A stretch of DNA of 63,563 nt, the filler included, from Collodictyon triciliatum (lineage: Eukaryota), in assembly GCA_043381765.1 (NCBI GenBank). It is 5 parts of 5 records of this genome, joined end to end, with 100 filler letters (N's around TTAATTAATTAA, not from the genome) between each part and the next. Parts side by side here need not be neighbours in the genome. Positions count along the whole stretch, not along the records: positions 30,451 to 47,732 come from JBHJMP010000729.1; positions 47,833 to 61,753 come from JBHJMP010000731.1; positions 61,854 to 63,563 come from JBHJMP010000897.1; 2 more parts are not named here. The stretch is one strand, 5' to 3'. The position numbers and the translations under genes were made by a program. The notes under the pieces are model-generated. The model was given only the letters and a program-made list of their open reading frames with translations. It was not told where the DNA came from and ran no database searches. Positions 38,537 through 63,419 of this stretch are shown piece by piece (within the stretch, counting starts at the first letter, position 1; each line of letters opens with the position of its first letter).

Positions 38537-39541
38537 GCTCTTCAAGGCTCTTTCAGCCTATATTTTTTTCTCAAAATATCAATAATAGAGCTATTCATTG
38601 AATAGTTCAAATCATATTTCGATTTTGATCTCATTATCTATTAATTATTGAAGTGAATCATGCTACTTCGTGATTGGCCATCGCATAGTTGGGGCAACCC
38701 CTCGTTTATGGTTCATTTTAAGCAAGGGAGCATCTCGTTTATAATTCTTTCAAAAATATCATTCAAAACGAGAAGCAATTCGTTTCCTCAAGTATTTATT
38801 CCTTCCTTACTTTCCTTTTTTCTTCCTTTTTACTTCCTTTTTTTCTTCCTTTTTTCTTCTTTTTTCTTCTTTTTTCTTCTTTTTTCTTCTTTTTTCTTTC
38901 TTTTTTCTTTCTTTTTTTTGAAGTAGTTAGTAGAGCGAACTCGAATTTTGAACTCACTTAAAATCAAAGCTTTCAGTCTTTTTCATCCCCACACAAATTC
39001 AAGTACCTTCGTGCGCAAATAAACATTACTAGAACTCAAGTAATATTTTTCAGAGCGAACTTAATGAGGTTTATTATATCAGTATTGATTATATTAAATT
39101 GCACATTGTTGAACTCGAATGGCCGATTGTCTATTCTAAGTCACAAATTCAGGGCGCGGATTCGTGTGTCTGTCCTTGGATACGAATCAATTTCCTATTT
39201 GAACAAGCAGAAGTTTTTCGGTCAAATGAATCTTTGGTACATAAATCTTGTAATGAGGGTAGCTAAGTTAGCCTGTTTATCAATCTGGTACATGTTTACT
39301 CTTATTTCTCATGTGAAAAAGGGAGACATCCTGGGTGAAATGTTGGCTCGTTCTCCAACTTTCGCTTGATAAGGGCTGCCTAGTGTTTCTTGACTCAACC
39401 ACCATATGTGTTGTAGGGTGAATCACTCATTGCCTAAAGATAAGAATCCTCAAACTCATCGCCCAGTCATAATTTGAGAGAAGCACTCGATACTTTTTTT
39501 TTTTTTGTTAAATGAAATAACCTCACGACAGCAGTGCTGAG

Positions 39542-40681
39542 ATGAGTGTCAAAAGCCCGACTCGGTTGTACACTGGCCAGGACCTGAAGTCTCCTCGTAG
39601 TATGGGCCAGACAAATCAAATGTCCATGGGTCTCAAGACAACAATGAAGGTGGGCTGTTCTGTAACGCATTTAAATCACGGGACTCTTCCAATCAGATGA
39701 ACGGAATTAAACAGTCTTAGTTTTTCTTCTGAAAGACTCTANNNNNNNNNNNNNNNNNNNNNNNNNNNNNNNNNNNNNNNNNNNNNNNNNNNNNNNNNNN
39801 NNNNNNNNNNNNNNNNNNNNNNNNNNNNNNNNNNNNNNNNNNNNNNNNNNNNNNNNNNNNNNNNNNNNNNNNNNNNNNNNNNNNNNNNNNNNNNNNNNNN
39901 NNNNNNNNNNNNNNNNNNNNNNNNNNNNNNNNNNNNNNNNNNNNNNNNNNNNNNNNNNNNNNNNNNNNNNNNNNNNNNNNNNNNNNNNNNNNNNNNNNNN
40001 NNNNNNNNNNNNNNNNNNNNNNNNNNNNNNNNNNNNNNNNNNNNNNNNNNNNNNNNNNNNNNNNNNNNNNNNNNNNNNNNNNNNNNNNNNNNNNNNNNNN
40101 NNNNNNNNNNNNNNNNNNNNNNNNNNNNGAGTCGCTGGCCCAGCTTGTTAAGGTAGAACATTACATTTCAATTCGACACTGCTCTTAGTCACACTCTATA
40201 CACGGAGTGTGACTTGAAATCAAGTTGTGACCATTATCAACAATCCTGTCAAAAATCGCGAAGGGAGAAGCCAAAGAGGACTGGGTGAAATGTGCCATCG
40301 ATGCCGGGACAACATATGGAGAATGGGCTTTAGTGAGAAGGAAGAGAGATGACCTTGTGAAACTATTTGAAAAAGGAGCCCCAAGTGCCGAAAAACAGGA
40401 CGCTGTGGTGTTTGTATATGTCCTATTATCCATATTTTTCCTCACATCAGATTGATCAGTGCAAGAACTAGTATGGTGCTCATGAGTAGAAAAAAGGCGA
40501 TCTCTAAATTCTTGTAAACCGACTTACACGATACGTATTTATGCCGATTAGAAAGCTGAGAAATGCACAGTCTTTTATGACAATCACAGAGGTCATGTTT
40601 CTGTGGATGCCTCCAAAAATTCAGTGCATGATGACAGAAGGAGGCCACACGATGGATGACATTTTATACTGTATATTTTAA
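39542..40681 (+). CDS. Small hypothetical protein, spliced, partly in a gap
   Basis: Phase-0 exon chain MSVKSPTRLYTGQDLKSPR...TTMK / ..ESLAQLVK / GEAKEDWVKCAIDAGTTYGEWALVRRKRDDLVKLFEKGAPSAEKQDAV / SFMTITEVMFLWMPPKIQCMMTEGGHTMDDILYCIF*. Confidence 0.5.
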
Positions 40682-40968
40682 ATTACTTACTTTATACTAC
40701 TTTTTTAATAATGAACGCATGTGTAATTTGAACAATACTTTCAATTGCTTGAATTGAAATCGCACATTTGACAAATACCATGAAAACGATAAAAAAAAAA
40801 ATTAATCAAAAATCGAAAAGTTAAGGAAAAGCTTGGCGATCCGACCGTTGATAGACAGCGCTTGACAAAATTATGGAATCATATTGCCACATACAACCGC
40901 AGGACAAAAGAGCGGGTTTCATTTTCTTCACATGCAATCTTTTTTCGACTCTGCATGAAAATATTCAA

Positions 40969-45081
<4,113 letters not shown>

Positions 45082-45837
45082 TGCTCGTATTTCATTCGGA
45101 ATAAATAGTGGGGAAAAACATAAACGGCATGTAAACAACATTCATTCTTATAATTCTCTTTCGATTGACATTATTTGAGGCCGTTTGCTGCGCAGCACCC
45201 GATTAAATCAAATGTGTTGGAATCAATCATGAAAAAAAAATTGCCATCGTTCATCCTCCGTATACCTGGAATCAATAGGTTCATTAGCTTTCAATTAAAC
45301 GAATATATCAAAGCACCAAAATAAGATACGGCCCACTCCTGCTTTCACACGTTTTGTGACATTGCTCGCGAGGAGTGGTGGTTTGCTTTGGAGAGACTTT
45401 GAAGGCTGTCTGGGCAGATATTTCCTTGGATGCATACCATTTTAAGTAAAGCAAACAACAGTTTTGGGTGGGTTGGGCAGATAGTATCGAGAAAATGCGA
45501 CGAATACATAACCCGGCTGACTCAATGTGATTTTGCAATAGATACACTTGATAGTAGTGGTGACAGTTACAGGAAAAAGCGCAGACGATATTTTTAGATT
45601 CATATATTATAAATTCCAGATGCAAATGGTTTCGAATCTCACCGAATGGGAATCATGGGAACAGCGACATCCCAAACAAAGAAGCGGAAACCAAACCACT
45701 CGCAACAGAGTCACAGAGCAGCAGACAAAAGCCGAGTCAAAGACACAACCGACTCTGACGAGAGTGCGACACGCACACAGACACACACAAACTGAAACTG
45801 CACATGACCAAGCGCAGACGGACGCACGAATCAGCGG

Positions 45838-47592
45838 ATGAGCAACGAGACGGCAGCGCGCTTTGAAAGCACCGACGAATGCCTGCCTTTGCTTGCAGAC
45901 GAAGACACGGACGCTGGGAAGGGAGCAGGCCGCTTCAAGAACGATGCTGCGCTTCTGCGCCGGTTGCGCATGCGTGTCTTTGTCCTCACGTGGCTGGGCT
46001 ACTTCTCCTTCTACCTGACACGCAAGCCCATCTCTGTGGTGAAGAGCACCCTGGAGGACGACGAAGGCATCAGCTCCACCACACTCAGCTTCTACGACAC
46101 GGGATACCTGACTACATACGCAGTCGGCCAGTTTGTCAACGGCGCTCTTGGCGACCGCATCGGCTCCCGTTGGTTGATCAGCATCGGTCTGTGGGTCATT
46201 TCGCAAACTGCATAGTCAGTCAAAGTCCACAGCAAATCACAGCGATGCTGACAGCAGACTGACTTTCGACTATCAACCATTCTTTTTATATTTTTTATAT
46301 ATATTTCTTTCCTCATTACTATTCTTTATTTGTTGTTGTATTTTTTTATTAATGTTATACTTAATAATTGGGGGGCGAACAGGACTCATCGGCTCCTCCC
46401 TGTGCTGTGGGCTCTTTGCGCTCACGACGGACGAGTGGTATCTGGGTATCCTGTGGACTCTGAATGGATTCTTCCAGTCGTGCGGGTGGCCAGGGTGTGT
46501 CAAAGGCATGACCCCGTGGTTCACGACAGCCGAGCGTGGTGCTCTGATGGGGTGGTGGAGTACGTGCTACCAGGTATTATTCGGTAATTACAAAACATAA
46601 AAAATCATAAAAATCATAAAAATCATAAAAATCAAAAAAATCATAAAAAAACATAAAAAACATAAAAAAAACATAAAATAAAGAAAAAAACATCCGTGTT
46701 GAAGCAACATTGAACACGAAACAAAAACAAGCATGCCCGATGTTTACACTGAGAGGCAAACCAACAAACACCCCAGATTGGCGGCGTAGTTGGCACAGTC
46801 ATCTCCACGGCCTTCCTGGACGCATACGGATGGGAAACGGCGTTTTTCTACCCATCGCTCTTTGTGTTCTGCAGCGGAATCTTTATCGGGGCGTTTCTCG
46901 TAAACCACCCGAACGATGCGGGGCTGGAGTCGCCGCTGGAGCTGGAGCAGCGAGCCAGCCAGAAGCCCGGGGTGACGGAGCAGATGCCGATTCTGCAGGC
47001 GCTGCTGCTGCCCGGGGTGATTGAGATTGGGCTTGCGTACTTCTGCCTCAAGCTTGTGCGGTATGCGCTGCTCTTCTGGCTGCCGTACTACCTGGACGAG
47101 GAGGTCGGGTACTCGTCCGGCACGGCCGGGTATGTGTCGGCCATGTTTGACGTGGGCGGGTCCATCGGCAGCGTTGCGGCAGGCTATGCGTCGGACCGGT
47201 GGGCGGGCGGCCGTCGCGTTGTTGTTGCTGCGCCCAGCTTCATCCTGGCTGCGGCGGCCATGGGGCTCTACATCGCCGTGGGCGACGACGGGGTCGCACT
47301 CAACGCGGCCGTCTTGGCCTTTGTCGGTGTCTTCATCTTTGCGCCCGACTCCATCCTTGCCGGGGCTGCTGCGCAGGACATCGGCGGCGCTGCGTCCTCC
47401 ACCGTGGCCGGGCTCATCAACGGCATCGGCTCCATCGGCGCAATCCTGCAGGGCCCCGTCACAGACCAGATGGCCGACAACTACGGCTGGCAGTCCCTCT
47501 TCTACCTCCTCATCGGCATGTGCGGCCTCGCCTTTCTGGTTCTGCTCAGGCTGCTGCGCAGAGAGATTCGTGCTGGCCCAAAGATTCTCTGA
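45838..47592 (+). CDS. MFS organophosphate:Pi antiporter, SLC37/GlpT/UhpT family; exons 45838-46186, 46383-46573, 46777-47592
   Basis: YLTRKP, YAVGQFVNGALGDRIG, NGFFQSCGWPGCVKGMTPWF...ERGALMGWWSTC, FCLKLVRYALLFWLPYYL, DVGG..G...AGYASD and VAGLINGIGSIGA motifs. Confidence 0.92.
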
Positions 47593-47638
47593 GTGTCGCT
47601 GTTGTCGCTTTCGGCGCCCTTCTCGTTTTCTTCTTTGG

Positions 47639-47671
<33 letters not shown>

Positions 47672-47677
47672 CTTTTT

Positions 47678-47732
<55 letters not shown>

Positions 47733-47776
47733 NNNNNNNNNNNNNNNNNNNNNNNNNNNNNNNNNNNNNNNNNNNN

Positions 47777-47788
47777 TTAATTAATTAA
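47777..47788. other. Assembly linker TTAATTAATTAA
   Basis: Same N-flanked 12-mer. Confidence 0.95.
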
Positions 47789-48237
47789 NNNNNNNNNNNN
47801 NNNNNNNNNNNNNNNNNNNNNNNNNNNNNNNNCAAAAAAACAAAAAAACAAAAAAACAAAAAAACAAAAAAACAAAAAAACAAAAAAACAAAAAAAAACA
47901 AAAAAAAAACAAAAAAACGAAAAAACAAAAAACAAAAAAAAAACAAAAAAACAAAAAAACAAAAAAACAAAAAAACAAAAAAAGCTTTTGGGGGCTAGGA
48001 TCAGAAACAAAGCCAATCTTACCTATGCCTTCTTTGTATCATCTGTGCCTTGTCTCACGACTGGGTCGAGTTCTCAGTCTGTGTCCACGACGGCAATTTT
48101 TTTATGTAGTTCCAACAGTGATGTTTGGGTCGCAGTTAACATCAATCTGAAAACCATCAATCTACTTTAATCAAAGGGAAACAAACAAGGAAGAAAAAAA
48201 AAAGGAAGAGAAGCAAAAAAAGGGTTGGCTGAGCTCT

Positions 48238-50199
48238 ATGACGGACTATGTGCAAGTGTCTATTCGCATTCGCACCTTCATTCCCCGAGATGCCGCCGTC
48301 CACGCGCGTCCCTGTGTGACAGCAAAAGAGCAGAAGCTCGTGATCGGAACCGACGAACTGGGTTATTCTTCAGCCTTTCCTTTCCTTTTTTTTTTTTTTT
48401 TTTTTAATAAGTTGTCCGTTTTATTTACCTCTTACTTCCTATGCAAATTGCTATGAAATGATATGTACTGAATGAATAGGTCAAAAGACTTTTCAGTTTG
48501 ACAGTGTTTGGCATCCGCAATCGAAAGGTTTCGGTCTTCTATGACGCTTTAAACCTTTATATGTGCTTGGAATCCATATCACCCGCTAGTTCTATTCTCC
48601 AAAGCAAACTTACATTGATTTCTGCGGTCATATACTTTTGTGTCTCAATTTCTTTAAATTCTTCCTCGTTGCATACATCCAGAGACGTCCATCGTATCGG
48701 ATCAGAAAAACTTCTTTGACTCTGTGATTTCTCCGATGATGTCTCATTTTGAAGAAGGTTTCATTTCAGATGCTTCGCCGCCACAAATTGGCTGATGATT
48801 GTTACTCACAGCAGGAAAGAAACAAAAGACTTTGTAGATATCTGACAAAGAATTTCCTTCAAACAACAATTGTCCTCTAGGATTTGACTGCACAGTGTTT
48901 ACTTACGGCCACTCCAACACTGGAAATACGCACACATGTTTTGGAACTTTCCCGCACGTCGGACTTGTCCCACTTTTTGCTGATGCGATGTATAATCGGG
49001 TCGGAAACTTTGAGCATGACAAGGTTCTTCGATGATACAATCAATCCACAGTCTCCTCTCCAAACCCAACCTCCTCCTCCTCCTCCTCCTAACTTTAATA
49101 TCTCGTTATATCACTTGTAATGAGGGCAATACGAAATACTCTACAATAACAACCAGAGCCCCTGAAAATGGTGTTGCAGAAATTCTTCGCTGCGCAGAAG
49201 GCCATGTGTCCTTTTACTCACTTATATCTTCCTTTTCTTTATTTTTTTTTTATTTTTTTTTAGAAAACACGTCTTGGATTTTCCTTAGTGGAGGTATTCA
49301 ACGACCAAGTTATCGACTTAATGAGCGTGGAACCGCCGCGTGCAAGTTTGAAGGTATCTTATCCACCGTTTTCACCATAACTCATATGTACAAAAAATTC
49401 ACCAGGATAGATGTTGTGCCAAGACCATTCGCATGAAAGTTTCTTCTCTCCATCATACCTTTTAAGGTTATTGTGTCATTAAAATCGCGAAATAAGTTGA
49501 TTAATCTTTCAAACTGCGTAGTTGCGGCTTCAGAAGACAGGATACGTATTGGATGGACTTACTGAAATAGCTGTGATAAATCTTCAAGACTTTGCTGAGA
49601 GACTCGCTGTGGGCCTGCAAAGAAGGTTACAATTCAAACATTACACCACGTCTTTTTGAGTGCAAATCAAGGTGCAAATAATAGATCTGACCCGTACATA
49701 ACATCGCCACAAAAAGAGCGAGAGAGAATAGTATACGTCCTCAATCTTTATGTTCGACTCAACGCTTTCTAATTGTTCCCTTTTTTTTTTCTTTTTTTTT
49801 TCAGATCTGTTGGAAGCACCTCATCAAATCCCGCTTGCTCAAGGGCGCATACTCTGGTAAGGAGAACAATCTACAGTTTCTTTCCATTTTTTTTTGGAGT
49901 GTTACAACCTACCTTGAGGCCGTTTATTCGCCCCATTATGAAAATGAGTAGGAGATATTACCTCAAAAATATGAAATCAATTAGGCCATATTCACTCTCT
50001 ATACGTCCATCACCGAAGAAGGTCGTAATTATGAGAGAATAGCAAAGTTTAGCTTCTACGACATCGCTGGTGAGACTATTTGCGTGATATTGAGATCCAT
50101 GTGCACTATTACCATTACTGGATGGTTATGTGATAGCCATTTTGTCAAGTATCGATTGACATCCAGAGTCTTGATTCTTTATCTCGGTTTAAGACACCA

Positions 50200-50280
<81 letters not shown>

Positions 50281-52840
50281 TTGCGTAATCAATTCGTAAA
50301 TACTGAAATTCTGGTCGGTAACAGGCCGCCAAAGGGCTGAAACCTCAGGTTTGAAAGGAGAACGGCTCAAAGAAGCGTCAAAAATCAACCTGAGCCATTC
50401 TGCTCTGTTTAAAGTTGTCGATATCCTATCCAACTCGAAGAAGAGCTCACGCAAAGCATCTGACACCACACAGCTGATTCCCTACCGGGAAACAATCCTG
50501 ACACAGCTTCTGAAGGAGGCATTGGGAGGCAGAAGGTATTCATGCATATATGTAGGAGAAATCCTGAGCTTTTATTTCAATTTATTCACCAGTTCCAAAA
50601 TACTTACGAAAGCCAATGGTCACGTTTTTTTTTTTTTGTTGACTCTTGGTGTTCGCATTATTTCATATGTCGTATCCTTTAAGCCCCGAAATTTATTATT
50701 CGAAAAATTGCCGCTCATAAATACATATCGATGCAGTAAAGCTCATATGGTTGGTTGTGTCAGTCCGTGTGACGTGGACATTGAGGACACGCTCGTTACT
50801 CTTCGACTTGCCGATAAGATGAAGTGCATATTATTCATCAATGAGTTCTTCATAAGAATCTATATATTTTCTTATTTTTTGTTTCNNNNNNNNNNNNNNN
50901 NNNNNNNNNNNNNNNNNNNNNNNNNNNNNNNNNNNNNNNNNNNNNNNNNNNNNNNNNNNNNNNNNNNNNNNNNNNNNNNNNNNNNNNNNNNNNNNNNNNN
51001 NNNNNNNNNNNNNNNNNNNNNNNNNNNNNNNNNNNNNNNNNNNNNNNNNNNNNNNNNNNNNNNNNNNNNNNNNNNNNNNNNNNNNNNNNNNNNNNNNNNN
51101 NNNNNNNNNNNNNNNNNNNNNNNNNNNNNNNNNNNNNNNNNNNNNNNNNNNNNNNNNNNNNNNNNNNNNNNNNNNNNNNNNNNNNNNNNNNNNNNNNNNN
51201 NNNNNNNNNNNNNNNNNNNNNNNNNNNNNNNNNNNNNNNNNNNNNNNNNNNNNNNNNNNNNNNNNNNNNNNNNNNNNNNNNNNNNNNNNNNNNNNNNNNN
51301 NNNNNNNNNNNNNNNNNNNNNNNNNNNNNNNNNNNNNNNNNNNNNNNNNNNNNNNNNNNNNNNNNNNNNNNNNNNNNNNNNNNNNNNNNNNNNNNNNNNN
51401 NNNNNNNNNNNNNNNNNNNNNNNNNNNNNNNNNNNNNNNNNNNNNNNNNNNNNNNNNNNNNNNNNNNNNNNNNNNNNNNNNNNNNNNNNNNNTTTTTTTT
51501 TTATTTTGTGGGAGAAAATCAACCACTTACGTCCTGAACTACCACAGAGAGCGCACGCAAGTCATCGCGCCGATTCACCACCACCGGGGAAAGCATCGGG
51601 TACCGAGACGACATCTCTGAAGTGTCCTGGACAGACAGCATCCGCAGCGGCCGTTTCTCTGTGCGTGGAATGACCCGACCTGAGGCCGAGCAGCAGAGAC
51701 TCCGCAGCAGCTCGTCAAAGATACCAACACCCTCGCCAAACTTCAAAGGCAAGAAGGAGACACCAAACCTCAGCATCAAAGCTGGAGAATCGCTGCACTC
51801 GCCAAAGAAAGGCCCGCTCGTCTTCTCGCCCTCCAAGAGAAACTCCCCGACTGCGGCCACCGCCACAGAGTATCTCTACCCAAACGAAGCATCCAACGTG
51901 CATCCACACCTGCTGCATGCCGAGATCGAAACGCAGACAGAGTTTTTCGAGGAACACAACTACAACAGAGACTACGACTCCAGCGTCGGGGTTGGGACTG
52001 AAGAGGCGCCCACACCGTCCTCAAAGAGCAACGCCTCGCGGGGCATAGACTTTGAAGTCCAGACACGGGCGGACGAGGCCGAGGCCGAAGACGAAGACGA
52101 AGACGAGCCACCGCGGGCTATTTCGCGTGCTTGGTCGATGCCAAACAGGGTTTTGCCGACTGCTGAGGAGTCAGATTGGCAAACAACAACGACAACAACA
52201 TCATCAACAACAGCACTGGTGGCGGCGATGGACAACCACGAAGGCGCAGATGCAAAAACCACGCAAGAGCAGCAGCAAAAGCAGATGTCGCGGACTGATG
52301 AGAAATCAGAGAACTCGGGTGCTCAAGGCATGCCAGCCGCATCGGCCCTGAGTGTGTCCCAGAGCACAAAGACAGTCGCGTATGTCGGCCGCCCTCAGGC
52401 CTTCTACCACATGAGCAGCCCTGCTTTTCTTGTGCCGGCGCAGCCTGCCTTCCAACACAGCAGCTTTTTTGCACAGCCCGTTCCGATGCAAGCGCACGTG
52501 CCTCCTCCGCAGCCGAGATTTGTTCAGCCCGGCGCGCTGCGACACTCGGTCGATCTGTCAAACTTCCCTGTCACGCAGACAGCTTATCCTGTTCCTGGTA
52601 TCCCCATTGTCCACTCTGCCTCCGGCGCTAATCACCCGGCATCGCAGGTAGTCTTTGATGGGCTGCGCTTCACCTGATTTCTTTGCTCCGTCTTCGTCTT
52701 CTCTTTTGCCTTGCCCTATTTGTCTCAAAGATATAATGAGACGCGCAACATTCATGGACTTTTTTCTTTTTTCTCAATCTCTTTTTTCTCAACAGGTAAA
52801 CGCGGCTCCCTTCTCACACGGCGCACTCATCCCTCAATAG
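48238..52840 (+). CDS. Divergent N-terminal kinesin motor-domain protein with low-complexity tail (probable pseudo-kinesin)
   Basis: Spliced translation VQVSIRIR...FQFDSVW...GFDCTVFTYGHSNTGNTHTCFG...GLVP...SLVEVFNDQVIDL...GLTE...NPACSRAH...FYDIAGRQRAETSGLKGERLKEASKINLS...IPYRETILTQLLKEALGGRSKAHMVGCVSP...EDTLVTLRLADKMK gives the complete kinesin fold. The join to the tail crosses an N gap. Confidence 0.88.
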
Positions 52841-53707
52841 AGCCTCGTGGGGAGTGACGATTTTCAATATCTATCGTTCCCTCTTTTCTTTCATCCTTCT
52901 ATTCTTTTACTCTCTCCTCCTTTGCCACCATTCACAGCCCCGTTCTTTTTCTTTTCCATCTCGTCAGTCACTGGGTGGAACAAGAATAAGCAATCCAACA
53001 AAAACAAAAACAAAACATCTATTGAAAAAAGGTAACCTGACATTATATTTATTTTATTTTTTTGTCATAATTACAGTTATTACTGCTCTGTTTCTGTTCG
53101 TGCGTGTATCATTTGTATATTCGGATGCGATGCAAACACAAAAGACTTGCGCGAAATACTTGGACTCTTGGCAAACGATGCGCTCAGAGGCCGCCGGGCG
53201 CAACGCGAGAGGCAAGCAGAGTGACTCTGGGAAGCAGCTCAAAGACGCGCTCTGGATGGATTCGTCTGGTGTTTTCGCCCACAGCTTTTCTGCGGCAGGG
53301 GATTGGCAGCGGCGATTCTGGGGGCTTATTCTTATTTATTTTCTTTTTTCTTTTTTCTTTTTTCTTTTTTCTTTTTTCTTTTCTTTTCTCTTTTCTTTTT
53401 CTTTTTTCTTTTTTCTTTTTTCTATATTTATATTTTTTATATTTATTATCATTTTCTTTTTTCTTTTTTCTTTTTTCTTTTTTATATTTTTTATATTTAT
53501 ATTTTTTTTATTATTATTATTTTCCTTTTTTCTTTTTTTTTGAATCAGCCACACACAAGTAATTGAATTTTCAAATCAGCCCAAGAAAAAACAAGACAAA
53601 ACAATAGAACAAAAGAAAAGAAAAAAGCAAAAGACAGGAGAGAGCGACGCTGCTCTGTTGCAAGGCATCTAAAAAGAGTGCGTTTCTATCGTTGAAGAGT
53701 CGCGTTC

Positions 53708-61587
<7,880 letters not shown>

Positions 61588-61797
61588 GTCTTTAAATCTT
61601 TTCCTTTTTCTTTTTTTATTTTTCCCTTTTACTTTTTTACTTTTCTTCACTTTTTTACTTTTCTTTAAATCTTTTCCTTTTTCTTTTTTACTCTTTTACT
61701 TTTTTACTTTTTTACTTTTTTTTTACTTTTTTTTTTTTCTTTTTTACTTTTTTNNNNNNNNNNNNNNNNNNNNNNNNNNNNNNNNNNNNNNNNNNNN

Positions 61798-61809
61798 TTA
61801 ATTAATTAA
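61798..61809. other. Assembly linker TTAATTAATTAA
   Basis: Same N-flanked 12-mer. Confidence 0.95.
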
Positions 61810-62070
61810 NNNNNNNNNNNNNNNNNNNNNNNNNNNNNNNNNNNNNNNNNNNNTTTTTTTTTTTTTTTTTTTTTTTTTCTTTTTTTTTCTTTTTTTTTTG
61901 GCTGCAAAACAACAAAAATTCAGGTCTGAATAGCTTTATTATCATGTAATTGACTTTTAAGCATTTAAGAGAAAATAAAAATCATAATCTCACTTAATAT
62001 TGGACTCTATTCGGGGCCAAAAAAATTAATAAAGCAAAATAATTTAAGATGGTGGCGTAGGAATGAATCG

Positions 62071-63412
62071 CTAGTCATCCAAAGTGATACGCATTTCCTC
62101 CCTTTGTCTTAACCCTACGCCCTGAAATAAGTGTGTTTTTTTTTGTCCTATCATTTTTTTCTTTTTAACCTTCTATTCTATTCCGTATTTTTTTAATTAG
62201 CCTTAGCAACAGCGTCATATCCACATAATATCTTAGCCACACATTTACAAAATATTAGTAATAATAATATCAACAACAATTTACGAGAATGTGAACAGTG
62301 TTCGCCAGAATGATACGTAGGATTGGATGACCCGAACAAAAAGGAAGGATGCTATTCAGGAGCCTCGCGTCGTGTTGGGGTAGCTGGCCCATCGCTTCAC
62401 CAAATAATCAGTCGCAATATACAGCCGGCGAACACAGGCAATCCAGTCATCAACTGCACAATTCACATGACACCCTGATTAGCCTTGGGAAGCTTCAAAG
62501 AATATAGATTTTATTGCGTATTCCAGACCAAGTCGATTTAGTTGTCTTTCACTTTTAGTGTGAAAAATTGAATTATAAAATGAGAACAGAACAAAAAGAA
62601 GAAAAAAAAACCACCATCGACTTTCCAACCAATTAACCAGACAATTTGTGTACCAGAGCCACGAAAAGAACCAACCAACTCCACCACCATAAACTTTTGC
62701 AGTTTACAATCATTATTGTCTTTGCCAACCTTTCCACCAACCACATATAAAAGAAAAAGAAACAAACAAACAAACAAAAGAACATCATACTTAAAAAAAA
62801 AATAAGGAATAGAAGGGATAACGACGTGAAAGGGCATAGAAACTGATGGAGTAAATTGAACCAGTTAATTAGACCCAAACATCTCTGCAAATGTAAACTG
62901 CGTTTCATTGCGACTTCTTAAGGGAGACATATTGCCATCGACCATTCTCTTCCCAAAGAAAGGTCGCGTCACTTCGACAGGTTCTATTTCAGTGGACAAG
63001 GATAAGTACTACTCTTATAATGCAGTCGATAAATACACATGTCATCAAGGTCCATGAATGAATTAGAACCAACCGTGCGTGACCAGCTTTTTGCGGTTCA
63101 CTTTTTCCAGTGATGACATTGGTGTAGGAATAAACTTTGACATCCTATATGCACAAAAAGAGTTGTGAGTTGCCATGAGACACGTGAATGGAGTATGTCA
63201 AAGCTTGATAGCGCAATTCAAAAAAAAACATGTTCTATTCAGTTTACAAACGACTGTTCGGAAAGACCCTTAACCTCTTTGGTGCAACTGGGTTTTCGAT
63301 AGGGGGCATATATCCAGTCATCCCTTTGCCAGGTATGAAAACGGGTTCTTGTGAATGGGTGGTGCGGCTTGATATGTCTGGGTACATTTTTCGACGCGTC
63401 TCACTGGCGGAC
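62071..63412 (-). CDS. 3' part of an unknown gene with hydrophobic (TM-like) C-terminus; start lies beyond the window
   Basis: Phase-compatible exons SASETRRKMYPDISS...VAPKR/MSKFIPTPMSSLEKVNRKKLVTH/EPVEVTRPFFGKRM...AEMFG/LWWWSWLVLFVAL/.../GVGLRQREEMRITLDD*. The last junctions are ambiguous. Confidence 0.5.
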
Positions 63413-63419
63413 CTAAATC

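Noticed and set aside
53120-53325. GC-rich intergenic patch as an ncRNA
   Set aside because: No recognisable tRNA, snRNA or snoRNA motif or convincing stem. It is more likely promoter sequence upstream of RRP6.
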